Below the pieces are notes generated by a model that was given only the letters and a program-made list of their open reading frames with translations, did not search any database and had not been told where the DNA came from. A DNA stretch of 36,068 nucleotides, taken from NCBI GenBank assembly GCA_964247925.1, contig CAXTWJ010000001.1, positions 1 through 36,068 of the forward strand, given 5' to 3'. Below, one piece after another: positions 35,609-36,068 of this stretch (position 1 is its first letter; each line of letters starts with the position of its first letter). Source of the stretch: an uncultured Sphingomonas sp. GTDB lineage: Bacteria; Pseudomonadota; Alphaproteobacteria; Sphingomonadales; Sphingomonadaceae. A program made the position numbers and the translations under genes.

Positions 35609-36068
35609 TTAGCCGGACCGGTCGCCCCCGGCCGCGGCCGGCGCCACCCCCGATTCGGCAGGTGATTCGGCCGGCGGTCGGGCCAGTGATTGGACCAGCG
35701 GTTCAGCCAGTGGTTCAGAGGCCGGATCGATCGGCGCGTCGGCGGGCATCTCGCCGCCCGGCTCGCGCCCTGCGCGCCGGGTGGTAACGCCGCGCCCCCG
35801 CGTTGCCCGCCGCCCGCCCCGCCCCCCCCCGGGCCCCCCCCCCCCGGGCGGGCGCGCGCCCCGCCGGGGCAACCCGCGCCCCCCCGCCGGGCCCCGCCCC
35901 CCCCCCCGCGCCGCCTCGGGCCCGGCCTCGCCGCCCTCCGCCTCTCCCTCGACCAGCGCCAGGTCGTAGTCGGTAATGGTGTCGGTGGCCGCGATCCCCT
36001 TCAGCGCCGCGCGGAAGTTCGCGAGCGGGTTTTGGTAGCCGATCTGGAGGCGGAAGGTGGCGAGGTCG
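35609..36068 (-). CDS. repA: Replication initiator protein A, 3' part (partial)
   Basis: Open frame from the window edge: DLATFRLQIGYQNPLANFRAALKGIAATDTITDYDLALVE..., resembling the RPA-family C-terminus (PL..FR..L..I...D.I.DY); same frame as ORF 35609-35872; adjacent iterons. Confidence 0.7.
   Translation of the reverse strand, partial: DLATFRLQIGYQNPLANFRAALKGIAATDTITDYDLALVEGEAEGGEAGPEAARGGGRGPAGGRGLPRRGARPPGGGGPGGGRGGRRATRGRGVTTRRAGREPGGEMPADAPIDPASEPLAEPLVQSLARPPAESPAESGVAPAAAGGDRSG

Overview
High-GC alphaproteobacterial DNA, most likely a Sphingomonadaceae plasmid contig (inferred from the rep/par genes, an alpha-type LexA box and gene style). It has three blocks. (1) 1-7240 is a mosaic of mobile-element remnants: a partial HNH-like gene, a stand-alone AAA ATPase, a frameshifted DndB/DGQHR-like fragment, a serine resolvase, a ParB/RepB-C protein, a LexA-boxed 30-aa membrane peptide missed by the ORF track, two homologous MOB_F-type oriT sites with a TrwA-like RHH gene but no relaxase, an XRE/membrane protein/emfourin-like module, and an orphan repeat cluster. 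(2) 7241-32482 is a ~25 kb Wzx/Wzy-type surface polysaccharide locus: six GT4 glycosyltransferases, gmd and rmd, uxs, galE, a priming transferase, flippase, Wzy-like and O-antigen-ligase-like proteins, Wza, Wzc, a methyltransferase, a Tat-type beta-helix lipoprotein and an FAD oxidoreductase. (3) 32491-36068 is a plasmid backbone: ParA plus an RHH adaptor with 8-bp repeats, an HTH Rep-like gene with a candidate counter-transcribed RNA, three iterons and the 3' end of a RepA initiator. All family calls come from motif recognition by eye; no database searches were run.
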